60,993 nucleotides of DNA from a virus (taxonomy: Duplodnaviria > Caudoviricetes). Position 1 is the first letter of the stretch, and every line of letters begins with the position of its first letter. This document shows, piece after piece, positions 5,449 through 15,247 of the stretch. A program made the translations under genes and the position numbers. The notes beneath the pieces were generated by a model that was not told the origin of the DNA, ran no database searches, and worked only from the letters and a program-made list of their open reading frames with translations. The stretch lies in the IMG/VR virus record IMGVR_UViG_3300033516_000069, positions 1 through 60,993 of that record, one strand, 5' to 3'.

Positions 5449-6054
5449 ATGAAAAGAATATTCCTAGACATGGATGGTGTGATCGTAAACTTCGCAAAAG
5501 GCTACGAGGATCGCGTCAACGAACGAGAACCCGGCTATCTAGAAAAGATCGGCTACAATGGAGACTTCAAGCAAATTGAAGATTTTATAAAGGCTGAATT
5601 TGAACGTATAGCCCCAAACGATAAAGAAAAGAAAAAAGCCAAGTACAGAGCTTCGAATAAGTTCTGGAGCTTCGTCACCGGTGATAAGCAATGGTGGGTT
5701 GACCTCCCCTGGATGCCAGATGGTAAGGAGCTTTTCAATAATCTCAGAACGTTAAGACAAAATGAAGTCGTGTCGGAGTTCACCATCCTTAGCGCACCAT
5801 CGAAGGTCGATCCGTGTGTCCCAGGAGCCAAGCAGGCGTGGCTTGACAAGCATGGTGTGTCGAGCAGCTTCGACAGAATCATTTTCGAAAATGACAAATT
5901 CAAGTACGCTGAAAGTTTCAACGATATCCTCATTGACGATACTCCTAAGAAACTGGATGCGTGGCAAAATGCTGGCGGAACTCCCCTGTTACATACGAGT
6001 ACCGCAAATACCCTTAAAATCCTCAACGAGATTCTGTTACAAGATAACACTTGA
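5449..6054 (+). CDS. HAD-family 5'(3')-deoxyribonucleotidase
   Basis: IFLDMDGV, ILSAP, K..WL, LIDD motifs. Confidence 0.88.
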   Translation: MKRIFLDMDGVIVNFAKGYEDRVNEREPGYLEKIGYNGDFKQIEDFIKAEFERIAPNDKEKKKAKYRASNKFWSFVTGDKQWWVDLPWMPDGKELFNNLRTLRQNEVVSEFTILSAPSKVDPCVPGAKQAWLDKHGVSSSFDRIIFENDKFKYAESFNDILIDDTPKKLDAWQNAGGTPLLHTSTANTLKILNEILLQDNT

Positions 6055-6083
6055 CTCTCATTGTAATCCTGTAGAATAAAAAC

Positions 6084-6875
6084 ATGAAAATCCAGGTCGT
6101 GTCTGACCTCCACCTTGAGGTCAAGCCTTTTGCGTTGTTTGTCAAGCCAGAAGCCGAAGTGCTTGTGCTGGCTGGGGACATTATCGCTCTTGGTCATCAG
6201 TGCAGCAAGATGTACCACCTTGAGAACATCATCAAGAATGTACAGATCCCAATTGTCTATGTCACCGGAAACCACGAATACTACGGCTACGGTCAGGTCA
6301 ACGGGTCGAACAAGATCCTCAAGACCCTGGAAGCCAAGTACCCGCATTTCCATTTCCTTGACAATGAGGTATGGGTCTACAAGGACGTTGAGTTCATCGG
6401 CTCGACCCTGTGGAGCAACTTCGATTTGGCACAGGACAAAATGTTGTTCTGCGCTGGTGTCGAGACTGCCATCAATGACTTTAATTTAATCCTATCGAAC
6501 AACGTGGGGCGGCTGACCGCACGGGAAGTCATTGGGTTCAACATCGCTGCGCGGGAGTTCATAGACAAGGCTGTTGTGAAGCAGACTGGTCTAAAGAAGT
6601 GCGTGGTCACTCACTTCATTCCAACTGAACAGGGAATCGCTGAACAGTGGAAGGGAAGCTCGCTGAACCCGTACTTCGCGTGCAACTGTGAGCAGCTTAT
6701 GCCAGGGGTCCATACGTGGATCTTCGGACATACTCACTCGTCGTTCGACTTCCAGCTAAAGCATGTTCATTCGTCGGGTCACGTTCTTGTTGACTGTCAC
6801 ATGGTCTGCAACCCACGGGGTTACGCAGTCGAAAACAAGGGTGGCTTCGATCCGCAAAAAATAATTTATGTGTAA
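6084..6875 (+). CDS. calcineurin-like metallophosphoesterase
   Basis: SDLHLE, AGD, GNHE, VTH, GHTH, NPRGY. Confidence 0.92.
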   Translation: MKIQVVSDLHLEVKPFALFVKPEAEVLVLAGDIIALGHQCSKMYHLENIIKNVQIPIVYVTGNHEYYGYGQVNGSNKILKTLEAKYPHFHFLDNEVWVYKDVEFIGSTLWSNFDLAQDKMLFCAGVETAINDFNLILSNNVGRLTAREVIGFNIAAREFIDKAVVKQTGLKKCVVTHFIPTEQGIAEQWKGSSLNPYFACNCEQLMPGVHTWIFGHTHSSFDFQLKHVHSSGHVLVDCHMVCNPRGYAVENKGGFDPQKIIYV

Positions 6876-7619
6876 ATGAAAAGATATACATATCAAGAAT
6901 TCGTAAATAATGCAAGAAAAATACATCATAATAAATATGATTATAGTAAATTTGTATATACAAATAGTAGGACAAAAGGCGTTATCATTTGTTTGAAACA
7001 TGATGTTGAGTTTTTACAAAATCCTCAACATCATTTGCGTGGGTGTGGCTGTAGAATATGCGCCATACAAGACATTGCTGCGAGAAAATATACGACAGAA
7101 TGGTTTATAACACAGTCTAATAAAATTCATGGTAATGCCTATGATTATAGTCTGGTTTGTTACATAAGTAATAAACTAAAAGTAAAAATCATATGTAGAC
7201 GCCATGGAGTTTTTGAGCAGACACCTAACTCTCATATATCTGGTAAGCAAGGATGCCCAACTTGTAAAAAATCAAAAGGAGAGTTGGAAGTTAAAAAGTT
7301 TCTCGACGTTAATAACATAAAATATGTTACACAGAAAAAATTTGATAGCTGTAAAGGGGTATCCAAGCTACTACCTTTTGATTTCTATTTACCAGACTAC
7401 AATATTTGTATAGAATATGATGGTATTCAACATTTTAGAGGTTGGTGTAGATACAAAGAGCAAAAAGAAAAGAATTTGATTTTTTTAAATAAGATAAGAA
7501 ATAATGATAGTGTTAAGACAAACTATTGTAAATACAATAATATAAAGCTTATTAGAATAAAATACTCTGAATTTAAAAGCATAGATACTATTCTAAGAAA
7601 AGAAATATTGAAAAACTAA
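6876..7619 (+). CDS. putative homing endonuclease (Zn-binding repeats + PD-(D/E)xK/Vsr-like domain)
   Basis: Two H..KYDYS..Y...IIC..H..F.Q.P..H..G.GC repeats; SKGE; LPFDFYLP..CIEYDG.QH; AT-rich. Confidence 0.85.
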   Translation: MKRYTYQEFVNNARKIHHNKYDYSKFVYTNSRTKGVIICLKHDVEFLQNPQHHLRGCGCRICAIQDIAARKYTTEWFITQSNKIHGNAYDYSLVCYISNKLKVKIICRRHGVFEQTPNSHISGKQGCPTCKKSKGELEVKKFLDVNNIKYVTQKKFDSCKGVSKLLPFDFYLPDYNICIEYDGIQHFRGWCRYKEQKEKNLIFLNKIRNNDSVKTNYCKYNNIKLIRIKYSEFKSIDTILRKEILKN

Positions 7620-7703
7620 TTTATTGTGATATAATAAATTATCCTCTTGGAGACTTTAATTAACCAGCCGCTAGTCTCACGGCTTAAAACATAAGGAGTG
7701 CAA

Positions 7704-8411
7704 ATGATGCACATAGATGATATTGTGATTGTCCTCGTTGACACACAAAATAAACCTTTCCGTGAATTGAATTCACAGAGAGTAGATCGTGGACGCAAGT
7801 GCGAAGTATATGCCCCTGTAAATACTGAGTACAAGTTCCTCGTCAAGAACAATTCAGACAAGCGTATCAAAATCGACATTGACATTGACGGAAGTTCCGT
7901 CTCTGGTAATGGACTCATTTTGAATGCTTATGGTTACACCTACATTGAGCGTTTCGCGGAAGTGGATCGTCGCTTCAAGACCTCGCTCAAGTCCGGTGAA
8001 GGTGTTGCAGATCCTACCAGTCCCGAGAACGGAATCATCAAGGTTCGTGTTCATAAGGAGAAGGCGCAGGAAATTAAGCTTGCTCCAATCGTGATCGGCA
8101 TGAACGCAAGTTTCACCGTAGGGGATAGCACCCCAACAGTTGCTACATACTCCGCTTCGGTAGAACCTGCTGTCAAGACCAGCGGCGGTATCCGTAACAA
8201 CATCAAGCGCCTGAGAGCATCTTTACCAGTTGCCGAAAGTCTCGCAACTGTCGAAGGTGATGCCAGCGGTCAGCAATTCGTTCCTACGACTTGGAACGGT
8301 GAGGATATAGCATTCGGTGAAATCGTGTTCACGTTCTTCCTCAAGCTCGCGGCAAATGCGATTGATCCAGAGTACGCGCAGTATCTGGAGCTTAAAAAGA
8401 AGTTTGGCTAA
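7704..8411 (+). CDS. hypothetical protein
   Basis: AAGGAG RBS; ORF closed by terminator. Confidence 0.8.
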   Translation: MMHIDDIVIVLVDTQNKPFRELNSQRVDRGRKCEVYAPVNTEYKFLVKNNSDKRIKIDIDIDGSSVSGNGLILNAYGYTYIERFAEVDRRFKTSLKSGEGVADPTSPENGIIKVRVHKEKAQEIKLAPIVIGMNASFTVGDSTPTVATYSASVEPAVKTSGGIRNNIKRLRASLPVAESLATVEGDASGQQFVPTTWNGEDIAFGEIVFTFFLKLAANAIDPEYAQYLELKKKFG

Positions 8412-8420
8412 ATACCAACG

Positions 8421-8448
8421 AAAAACCCAGGCAAGAGCCTGGGTTTTT
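8421..8448. terminator. bidirectional intrinsic terminator
   Basis: AAAAACCCAGGC-AAGA-GCCTGGGTTTTT between convergent genes. Confidence 0.85.
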
Positions 8449-8451
8449 CCT

Positions 8452-9189
8452 TTACTTTTTGGCTTGGTTAGCAGCTTTGAGCTTGGCTATATGAGCAGCC
8501 CACTCAGGGGTTCCTGGTTTTGGTCCTGCACCGGCAGCTTTGGCACGGGCGGCGTCAGTTGTTCCCATGGAAGCTGAAGGATCGTCAAACTGCTTACGGA
8601 GCTTATCAGGCTTGGCAAGCTTACGGTCAAGCGACTTTGGTTGAAGCTTGAGAAGTGAGAACACATAGTTGCCACGGGCGAATGCTTTGGAGATATCTTC
8701 CTTGGTAACGTACTCACGACCAGATTCGTCTTTCTTGATTATACTGAAAGGAACTGGAACCATGCCGAGCTTGAGTTCATTAACACGGATCTGGTCAGCG
8801 GCTTTGTCTACCTTGTAAACGTTAACGATATGACCCTTCTTCTGTGGTCCCTTTGGATAGTCATTTGGGATTGCATCTGGATTGATGAAAATGATTCCAT
8901 CCTTGATGGAGGTCTGTGGGAATACATCTTGGTGAGCTTCTGGTGGGAGTTCCTCGCCCTTCTCTGGTGTAGGCTGCTTTACGCCACCTACCTGCGGCTC
9001 GTCATCATCTTCACCCGACCCAGCGGTTGCATCTGGTGGAAGTTCTTCATCCTGATCGCCGCCATCCTGGTCATCCAATTCTGGTGGTTCATTATCGAAC
9101 TCATCATATGATTCTTTAATGGGAGCATTAAAACGCTTTTCATTTGTAGCAAATAAGCGTTCAAGGCTTTCAAATAGTGGATCAGGCAT
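8452..9189 (-). CDS. late protein, probable internal head protein
   Basis: Minus-strand TATAAATA upstream, AGGAG RBS, acidic N-terminus with LFE/IKE motifs. Confidence 0.75.
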   Translation of the reverse strand: MPDPLFESLERLFATNEKRFNAPIKESYDEFDNEPPELDDQDGGDQDEELPPDATAGSGEDDDEPQVGGVKQPTPEKGEELPPEAHQDVFPQTSIKDGIIFINPDAIPNDYPKGPQKKGHIVNVYKVDKAADQIRVNELKLGMVPVPFSIIKKDESGREYVTKEDISKAFARGNYVFSLLKLQPKSLDRKLAKPDKLRKQFDDPSASMGTTDAARAKAAGAGPKPGTPEWAAHIAKLKAANQAKK

Positions 9190-9206
9190 AAAAAACTCCT
9201 ACTGTT

Positions 9207-9223
9207 TATTTATAATATAAATA
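9207..9223. promoter_or_regulatory. back-to-back divergent TATAAATA late promoters
   Basis: TATTTATA 9207-9214 (minus) and TATAAATA 9216-9223 (plus). Confidence 0.75.
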
Positions 9224-9230
9224 CGATTAT

Positions 9231-9647
9231 ATGGCAACAAGAACTAAAGTTGGCATTAAAATAGATTCCCCAGATAACTGGAACTCTGTCGTATTATCAC
9301 TAGCCATGACCGGTGGATTCATTATATCACACGGTGGTATGAATGAAATTCATATATGTGCGCCAAAGATGAACCAAGATACGCTGGTTCTTGAGCAAAC
9401 GTTCCTCACATATTGGATAGAAGATAAGATGTTACCTGAGTTATATGACGCCGTATTTGTACAACAAGAGGAACTTAATATTCACTTAGAAGATACGGAA
9501 GAACAAGAAAGAATCGCTAAGGAACGAAATGAAGCGACCATGACCTACTATAAAAAGTATAAAAAGAAGAAAAAAGACACTAAAATGGTTAGTGATGATT
9601 CGATACATACGGATGATCCAGATTCATGTGAGCATGAAGGCGATTAA
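9231..9647 (+). CDS. hypothetical protein
   Basis: ORF after late promoter. Confidence 0.75.
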   Translation: MATRTKVGIKIDSPDNWNSVVLSLAMTGGFIISHGGMNEIHICAPKMNQDTLVLEQTFLTYWIEDKMLPELYDAVFVQQEELNIHLEDTEEQERIAKERNEATMTYYKKYKKKKKDTKMVSDDSIHTDDPDSCEHEGD

Positions 9648-9684
9648 TCGTATAAATATAAATTAGCACAATAAGGAGTCACAA

Positions 9685-10206
9685 ATGAGTCTCGTAGAAT
9701 ACCGTCAAGCAGTACGTGAGAAACTTGGTTTGAAAGAAGAAGATCCTGCCATGTCATCAGGTGGAGACACTGGTATGGACTCTGGGGAAATGGGTGGCAT
9801 GAGTGGTATGGATGAGGCAACTCTCAATTCTGTACTTGAACTCGTCCAGAAGGAAATTCTCAAGCGCGAAGCCGTTGGTGAAGTTGAAGGTATGGAAGAT
9901 CCGGCAGCCAAGACGGTAGCCCCACCAGAAGCCGGTACGGCACCTGCTGGTCAGCCACCTGTAGCTGCTGAGCCTGGAGCTTCAGTTACCCTTGAGGCTG
10001 AGCAGGTTGCTGATGACATTTACTTCGAAATGCTCAACTCATTCAAGAATAATATTGCCAACTGTGATGATGCCAGCCGTAAAGAAATGTACCGTAAGGG
10101 ATACAACCACTTGTATAAGATGCGCGAGAAGTTCATTAAAGAAATGACTGCATGTGAAGAGCAGCCGACTGCTCCTGGCACCCCTGGTGCCACACAAACA
10201 CGCTAA
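9685..10206 (+). CDS. late protein, probable internal head protein
   Basis: TATAAATA 9651-9658, AAGGAG RBS, LVE/LKE/IKE motifs, low-complexity A/P/E linkers. Confidence 0.75.
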   Translation: MSLVEYRQAVREKLGLKEEDPAMSSGGDTGMDSGEMGGMSGMDEATLNSVLELVQKEILKREAVGEVEGMEDPAAKTVAPPEAGTAPAGQPPVAAEPGASVTLEAEQVADDIYFEMLNSFKNNIANCDDASRKEMYRKGYNHLYKMREKFIKEMTACEEQPTAPGTPGATQTR

Positions 10207-10227
10207 ATCTTAAATAATTAAAGTTAG

Positions 10228-10262
10228 ACAAAGAAGCGTCCGAAAAACGGACGCTTCTTTGT
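10228..10262. terminator. intrinsic terminator
   Basis: ACAAAGAAGCGTCCG/CGGACGCTTCTTTGT hairpin. Confidence 0.8.
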
Positions 10263-10287
10263 TATAATAAACATAAAGGAATATTTC

Positions 10288-10740
10288 ATGACTGACACCA
10301 CAGCCACCCCAACCCAACCACCAGCAGCACAGCCAAGTCTCCAAGACCATATTGCTGCTCAAAAACAAGCAGTAGTTGCAAAGGCACAGGACTCTGTTAA
10401 CACTATACATCAGATTATTGATTCATGGGTTCAGAACTTCATCGTATCTGAAAAAGTCAAGACCAAGAGAACTGATCAAGTTAACCTCCTTTTGGGTTTT
10501 ATTAATCAACTTGCTAATGAGGGTATTCCACAGATTAATGTGTGTGGTACAGAAATACAAGATCCGGTTATGTCGAATCGTGTTCTTGAATGCAACAACA
10601 ATATTATGTCTGCTGCTAAGAACGTGTTGACGAATATTCAACAACAAGAAGCTGCGTTCCAGGCAGAACTCAAGGCAGCTATGCAGCCAGCAGGCGCTCC
10701 ACCAGCAGGAAAGACAGAAGTTAAGGCGCAGGAAGCCTAA
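10288..10740 (+). CDS. hypothetical protein
   Basis: AAGGA RBS, 150 aa helical ORF. Confidence 0.75.
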   Translation: MTDTTATPTQPPAAQPSLQDHIAAQKQAVVAKAQDSVNTIHQIIDSWVQNFIVSEKVKTKRTDQVNLLLGFINQLANEGIPQINVCGTEIQDPVMSNRVLECNNNIMSAAKNVLTNIQQQEAAFQAELKAAMQPAGAPPAGKTEVKAQEA

Positions 10741-10771
10741 AAGTTTCTATAAATAGTATCTGAGGATCTAT

Positions 10772-11143
10772 ATGGAAAACATCGAAGAATTCAAGAAGCG
10801 TATCAGAGAGTCAATTGTCGGCGGTATGTCACAGACATACGGTGTTGGTGCTGTTCACGAAAAGACAGATGTTAAAGTAGATCAACTCGCTGGCGCTGTA
10901 ATTGGTACTGGGGCACAGAAAACTGGTGATGCAATTGCAAAAATGGATCCAAATACGTTTGCTGAGTTTGCTAAAAAGATTGATGCGGCTGGTCTTGCTA
11001 TGCTTACCGGACAGTTTGCGACTGCTACTCCTGCTGCTGACCCCGCTGCTGATCCTGCTGCTGCTGCAACAGATCCCGGCGCAGCACCGGCAGATCCTGC
11101 CGCTGGTGCCGTGCCAGCGGAGCAAGAACTTACGGATTTATAA
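10772..11143 (+). CDS. late protein with ADPA repeats, probable internal head protein
   Basis: TATAAATA 10748-10755, GAGG RBS, IRES/VHE motifs. Confidence 0.75.
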   Translation: MENIEEFKKRIRESIVGGMSQTYGVGAVHEKTDVKVDQLAGAVIGTGAQKTGDAIAKMDPNTFAEFAKKIDAAGLAMLTGQFATATPAADPAADPAAAATDPGAAPADPAAGAVPAEQELTDL

Positions 11144-11157
11144 TCTTTTCTTAGAAG

Positions 11158-11191
11158 AAAAAACCGACTGGATTTTTCCAGTCGGTTTTTT
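11158..11191 (+). terminator. intrinsic terminator
   Basis: AAAAAACCGACTGGA/TCCAGTCGGTTTTTT. Confidence 0.85.
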
Positions 11192-11221
11192 TGTTGCCTA
11201 TTCAAAAACATAATTTATAAT

Positions 11222-11605
11222 ATGACTATGGCTACTGGTCTTATTCTTATGCCAATTGGTGGAACACCAACAATGCGGCAAAATGTTTACGCAGAATTGT
11301 CTAAGAATATTAGTATGGTATACACAGGGCTGAATGATATCATGAATATAACCGGTGATAATGCTCTTAAAGCAGATGTCATTATTTCAAATTTAAAAAC
11401 TCACATGTCCCATTGTGTCACACATATATTTTTTGACTGTGATAACAAAACACCAGAGCAACGCAAAGTAATTTTTGATTTGGCAAAGTCATCCAATTAT
11501 TTAGTTGTTGCGTTGGTGCTTGACACACCCAATATTGGTAGTACAATGGTAAAAGAAGCGCCCACGTGGGACGAAGGTTTTAAAAATATTTACTACAAGG
11601 AATAA
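11222..11605 (+). CDS. degenerate polynucleotide-kinase-like (AAA_33) protein
   Basis: FDCDN....R, VVALVL, EAPTWDEGF motifs; Walker A lost. Confidence 0.6.
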   Translation: MTMATGLILMPIGGTPTMRQNVYAELSKNISMVYTGLNDIMNITGDNALKADVIISNLKTHMSHCVTHIFFDCDNKTPEQRKVIFDLAKSSNYLVVALVLDTPNIGSTMVKEAPTWDEGFKNIYYKE

Positions 11606-11606
11606 T

Positions 11607-12038
11607 ATGCCTAGAGTCAAATCAACACTTTTTCGCCCACAACTCGGTGCTGCTTATATTGCGGTAAATACAAAGACCCATGAAAAGATCGTGTGTCATG
11701 TATTGAAGCCCACTGACGCTTTGAAATATGGTCCGGTCAGATCGGGTAGATCGTGTAAGAGAGGAAATGAGTTCTTCAAGATTTTTATAAACGATAGAGT
11801 CGTAAAGATGAATAACAGCTTAGAAAATGGCACATGTCTTAGTGACGATAAAACCTGGGAATTCACTGGTGATAAGCCCACGGGCAAAGCTCGTTCTGCG
11901 AAGGCGTGTACATCAAGCGCAAAAAAGACAAAGAAAGTCCCTTGTGAAGTTTCTAAAAAAGCAGCCAAGGTAGCTATTCCACCTAAACCAAAGGGCGTTG
12001 AATTTATTTCACAAGAAGCCCTTTCAAAAATAATCTAA
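11607..12038 (+). CDS. hypothetical basic protein
   Basis: Tightly packed ORF. Confidence 0.7.
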   Translation: MPRVKSTLFRPQLGAAYIAVNTKTHEKIVCHVLKPTDALKYGPVRSGRSCKRGNEFFKIFINDRVVKMNNSLENGTCLSDDKTWEFTGDKPTGKARSAKACTSSAKKTKKVPCEVSKKAAKVAIPPKPKGVEFISQEALSKII

Positions 12039-12050
12039 AGAAAGTAATAT

Positions 12051-12404
12051 ATGACAGATCAAACCGAAACTAAAATATTCCTCGCCATTTACCCACCAGA
12101 TGGATCGGAAGTTCATGTTCATTGGCGCGGACATGCCACAGTGGAAGCCGCCACCAAGGAACTTGCAAATCTACGTAAGCTCTTAATTGGGCAAAAGAAA
12201 AAGCCATTTGACTGTTATGTGTACGAGGCTGAAGTTCCCCTATATGGATTTAAGGTATATGAACTTGACGAGGTTGACATGAACTTCTATGAAGAAGAGA
12301 ACGTCGAACAAGCCGATGAGGTTCAGCGCAAGTTGGACAAGGCAATCTACGAGGTTGGGGTGCTCGCTGAAGAAGAGCGTAAAGCGGCAGCACAGAAAGC
12401 ATAA
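12051..12404 (+). CDS. hypothetical protein
   Basis: Tightly packed ORF. Confidence 0.7.
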   Translation: MTDQTETKIFLAIYPPDGSEVHVHWRGHATVEAATKELANLRKLLIGQKKKPFDCYVYEAEVPLYGFKVYELDEVDMNFYEEENVEQADEVQRKLDKAIYEVGVLAEEERKAAAQKA

Positions 12405-12407
12405 TCT

Positions 12408-12926
12408 ATGGGATACCTCCGCAATAAAGTAGCTTATCTCGCTGGTCCGATCCATGCCGTCGCTGACGATGGCATTGGTTGGCGCGATGCAATCACCCCG
12501 ATGTTGGAGTCACATGGAGTCGTTGTAGATGATCCGTGTAAAAAGACTGTCAACGGTGTCGGTGAAGTTAAAGATGATAAGAAAATGATCATTGAATTGA
12601 TCAAGTCTGGTAACTTTGCAGAAGCAAAGAAACGTTTCTATCCAATTGTAAGAAAAGATTTAAGATCAGTTGATAAGGCTGATTTTTTAGTTGCAGTATA
12701 TGACCCAACAATACACATGGTGGGTACTCTTCATGAGATGGTTATTGCCCATACACAACGTAAACCTATTCTTCTGTGGTTTGATAAGAACAAGATAGAT
12801 AAGTTTAATCCCTGGTGTTTGACGCTTGTTAAAGAAAACATGATATTCACAGATTGGAATGCTATGTTCGATTACTTGCGGAAAATAGATGATGGTGAGT
12901 TTGACTCTAGTTATTGGACGTTGTAA
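12408..12926 (+). CDS. nucleoside 2-deoxyribosyltransferase-like protein (paralogue 1)
   Basis: AYLAGPI...GWR...DP...DLRSVDKADF...GT..E...KP. Confidence 0.85.
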   Translation: MGYLRNKVAYLAGPIHAVADDGIGWRDAITPMLESHGVVVDDPCKKTVNGVGEVKDDKKMIIELIKSGNFAEAKKRFYPIVRKDLRSVDKADFLVAVYDPTIHMVGTLHEMVIAHTQRKPILLWFDKNKIDKFNPWCLTLVKENMIFTDWNAMFDYLRKIDDGEFDSSYWTL

Positions 12927-12978
12927 GTTACTGTCCCAAACATATGAATTGCCATATAAATACTAACAAGGAGAAGTT

Positions 12979-13740
12979 ATGATTTATATGGCAACAAATA
13001 AAGTAAATGGTAAAATTTACATAGGAAAAACTATCAAGCAACTAGACGAGCGAATCTATGCTCACCTTCATATGGACGATAGTATATATTTTCATAATGC
13101 TATCAAAAAATATGGTATAGATAATTTTGAATGGACTATTTTAGATGAATGTAGTATTGATGAGGATAACGTAAAAGAAATATACTATATAAAATTGTAT
13201 AAAAGTACGGATAGAAAGATTGGATATAATTGTACAGAAGGTGGCGATGGTGGTGATACAATTTCACATCATCCTAAGCGATTAGAAATACTAAAAAAGA
13301 AATCTCTATCTTCCAAAAAATTATGGAAGGATAAAGAGTACAGAGATAACATGGTAGAACAGAGGCGGAAACTCAAAGACAACAAAAAGTTCTTATCGAA
13401 AGTATCATCTAATAGTATAGAAATGTGGAGTGATGATATACGAAGAAAAGAACATTCAAATAAGATTAAGAAAATTTGGAAAAAAGATAAAAAACGATTT
13501 ATGAAAAATAGACCATCTAGATTTGGTGAAAATAATCCAATGGCTAAAACTTATATCATTACAGATGCAAGTGGAATTGTGTATGAAACAAAAAATTTAA
13601 AGAAATTCTGCATCGATAAAAACATAAGTTACTATGTTATTTTAGATTTTTTAAACAAAGGTCAGATACCATTACCTTTGAAGAAAAACGGTAAAGAAAA
13701 ATTAAAGCTTGCTAATTGGCAGATAACAGATAAAATCTAA
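12979..13740 (+). CDS. GIY-YIG homing endonuclease
   Basis: IYMATN..NGKIYIG, FHNAIKKYG, E..YI, GYN...GG, GENNPM; own TATAAATA at 12955-12962. Confidence 0.92.
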   Translation: MIYMATNKVNGKIYIGKTIKQLDERIYAHLHMDDSIYFHNAIKKYGIDNFEWTILDECSIDEDNVKEIYYIKLYKSTDRKIGYNCTEGGDGGDTISHHPKRLEILKKKSLSSKKLWKDKEYRDNMVEQRRKLKDNKKFLSKVSSNSIEMWSDDIRRKEHSNKIKKIWKKDKKRFMKNRPSRFGENNPMAKTYIITDASGIVYETKNLKKFCIDKNISYYVILDFLNKGQIPLPLKKNGKEKLKLANWQITDKI

Positions 13741-13752
13741 TTAAGGAAACCT

Positions 13753-13986
13753 ATGAAACTTACCAAGACACAGAAAAACTGTATCACAAAATCAATACTT
13801 TTTGAAGTAGCCGATAAGAAGCTTCTTCAAAAAAATATAAATTCCTACAAATGCCTGTCGGGATTTAAAATTACATCAGTAACTACAAAAGAAGTCATTC
13901 TTTTGAAGAAACTCAATGATGGCACATTCCACAGAGTATCTGTAGTATTCGAAAACACCGGATCAACCTTTAAGAAGATATCATGA
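13753..13986 (+). CDS. hypothetical protein
   Basis: AAGGA RBS; ATGA coupling to next ORF. Confidence 0.65.
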   Translation: MKLTKTQKNCITKSILFEVADKKLLQKNINSYKCLSGFKITSVTTKEVILLKKLNDGTFHRVSVVFENTGSTFKKIS

Positions 13987-14180
13987 AACTCAAAACAACT
14001 AAATCCCACACAGTCGAAGTAACCTTCGAAGAAATCTTTGTCCTTCTCTCCCGACTTGTCGAGAAGAAGTCTGGAAAGAAGATTGTTAAAGTCGATGACG
14101 AAAAATACAGAGGACATGTTCTGACATTTACTCTCATGGACGAGGACGAAGAAACCAATCTTGACGAACCAAAAGCTTAA
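13983..14180 (+). CDS. hypothetical protein
   Basis: Coupled small ORF. Confidence 0.65.
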   Translation: MKLKTTKSHTVEVTFEEIFVLLSRLVEKKSGKKIVKVDDEKYRGHVLTFTLMDEDEETNLDEPKA

Positions 14181-14189
14181 GGAGCTTTT

Positions 14190-14711
14190 ATGAAGAATTA
14201 CCTCAAAGGCAAGACCGTGTATCTCTGCGGAGCCATGGCGGCAGTAGCCGACGATGGTAAGCAATGGCGTGAGTACGTCACGACGCTGTTGAAGCAGCGT
14301 GGCGTACACGTTCTTGACCCGACCCGCAAGAAGTCCCGCTGTGCGTCTGAGATTGACGAGAACAAGGAGCTTTTCAAGCGGCTTACCCTAGCTGCTGATT
14401 TTGAGAAGCTTGCCGAAGTTTTCGCCCCAGTCGCTCGTTGGGACTTGCGATCAGTCGATAAAGCCGACTTCCTTGTTGTCAATTATGATCCCGCAGTACA
14501 CACGGTCGGCACCATTGATGAAATCGTCATCGCTAACCTGGAACGCAAGCCGATCCTCGTTCGATATGACCCAGCACAGTTGAATATCTTCAACCCGTGG
14601 CTTACTGTCCGTGTCAAGCCAAAGCATCTGTTCCCATCGTGGAAGGATCTGTTTGAGCATCTTGATATCGTTGATGGTGGTACTTTCGACAGGGATCTTT
14701 GGACCATATGA
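14190..14711 (+). CDS. nucleoside 2-deoxyribosyltransferase-like protein (paralogue 2)
   Basis: Collinear with 12408 (AVADDG..WR, DLRSVDKADFL, FNPW). Confidence 0.85.
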   Translation: MKNYLKGKTVYLCGAMAAVADDGKQWREYVTTLLKQRGVHVLDPTRKKSRCASEIDENKELFKRLTLAADFEKLAEVFAPVARWDLRSVDKADFLVVNYDPAVHTVGTIDEIVIANLERKPILVRYDPAQLNIFNPWLTVRVKPKHLFPSWKDLFEHLDIVDGGTFDRDLWTI

Positions 14712-15247
14712 CACTTATTGTGAACTTCGTTGCTGGACCGGGCGCTGGTAAGTCTACCACCGCAGCCAAGACATTCGCTCTCCTAAAGGAATCGGACATT
14801 AATAGCGAACTGATCCAAGAATATGCTAAGGAGCTTTCTTGGATCAAGGATTTTAAGACACTTGGCGACCAGTATTACGTTACTGGAGTTCAAAATCACC
14901 GCCAGTATATTCTGGATGGTGAAGTTAAGGTTATGATCACAGACTCTCCGATTCTAGTTGGATTGCTGTACTACGAAGAAAAGAACAAGAAAATAAAGAA
15001 TCTGTTTGAGCGGTTTGTTGTGGAAAAATACAAGAGCCAGAACAACCTTACATATTTCATCAAGAGAACAAAGAAATATAATCCAAAAGGACGCAACCAA
15101 ACAGAAGAGGAAGCAAAGCAAAAAGATGCAGAGGCAAAAAATCTACTTGATAAGTACAAGATACCCTATAGAATTATAGAAGGTAACAAGTTAGCGGCAC
15201 GCACCGTGGTCCGCGACATCAAGGAGAGACTCAATGGGCTGGAATAA
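14708..15247 (+). CDS. P-loop NTPase/kinase (NadR-like AAA_28)
   Basis: GPGAGKST, EYAKE, ITDSP, GRNQ; ATGA overlap. Confidence 0.85.
   Translation: MTLIVNFVAGPGAGKSTTAAKTFALLKESDINSELIQEYAKELSWIKDFKTLGDQYYVTGVQNHRQYILDGEVKVMITDSPILVGLLYYEEKNKKIKNLFERFVVEKYKSQNNLTYFIKRTKKYNPKGRNQTEEEAKQKDAEAKNLLDKYKIPYRIIEGNKLAARTVVRDIKERLNGLE

Noticed and set aside
12927-13752. Group I intron around the GIY-YIG gene
   Set aside because: Flanking genes are complete, spacers are too short, no P7-type core; the gene has its own promoter and RBS
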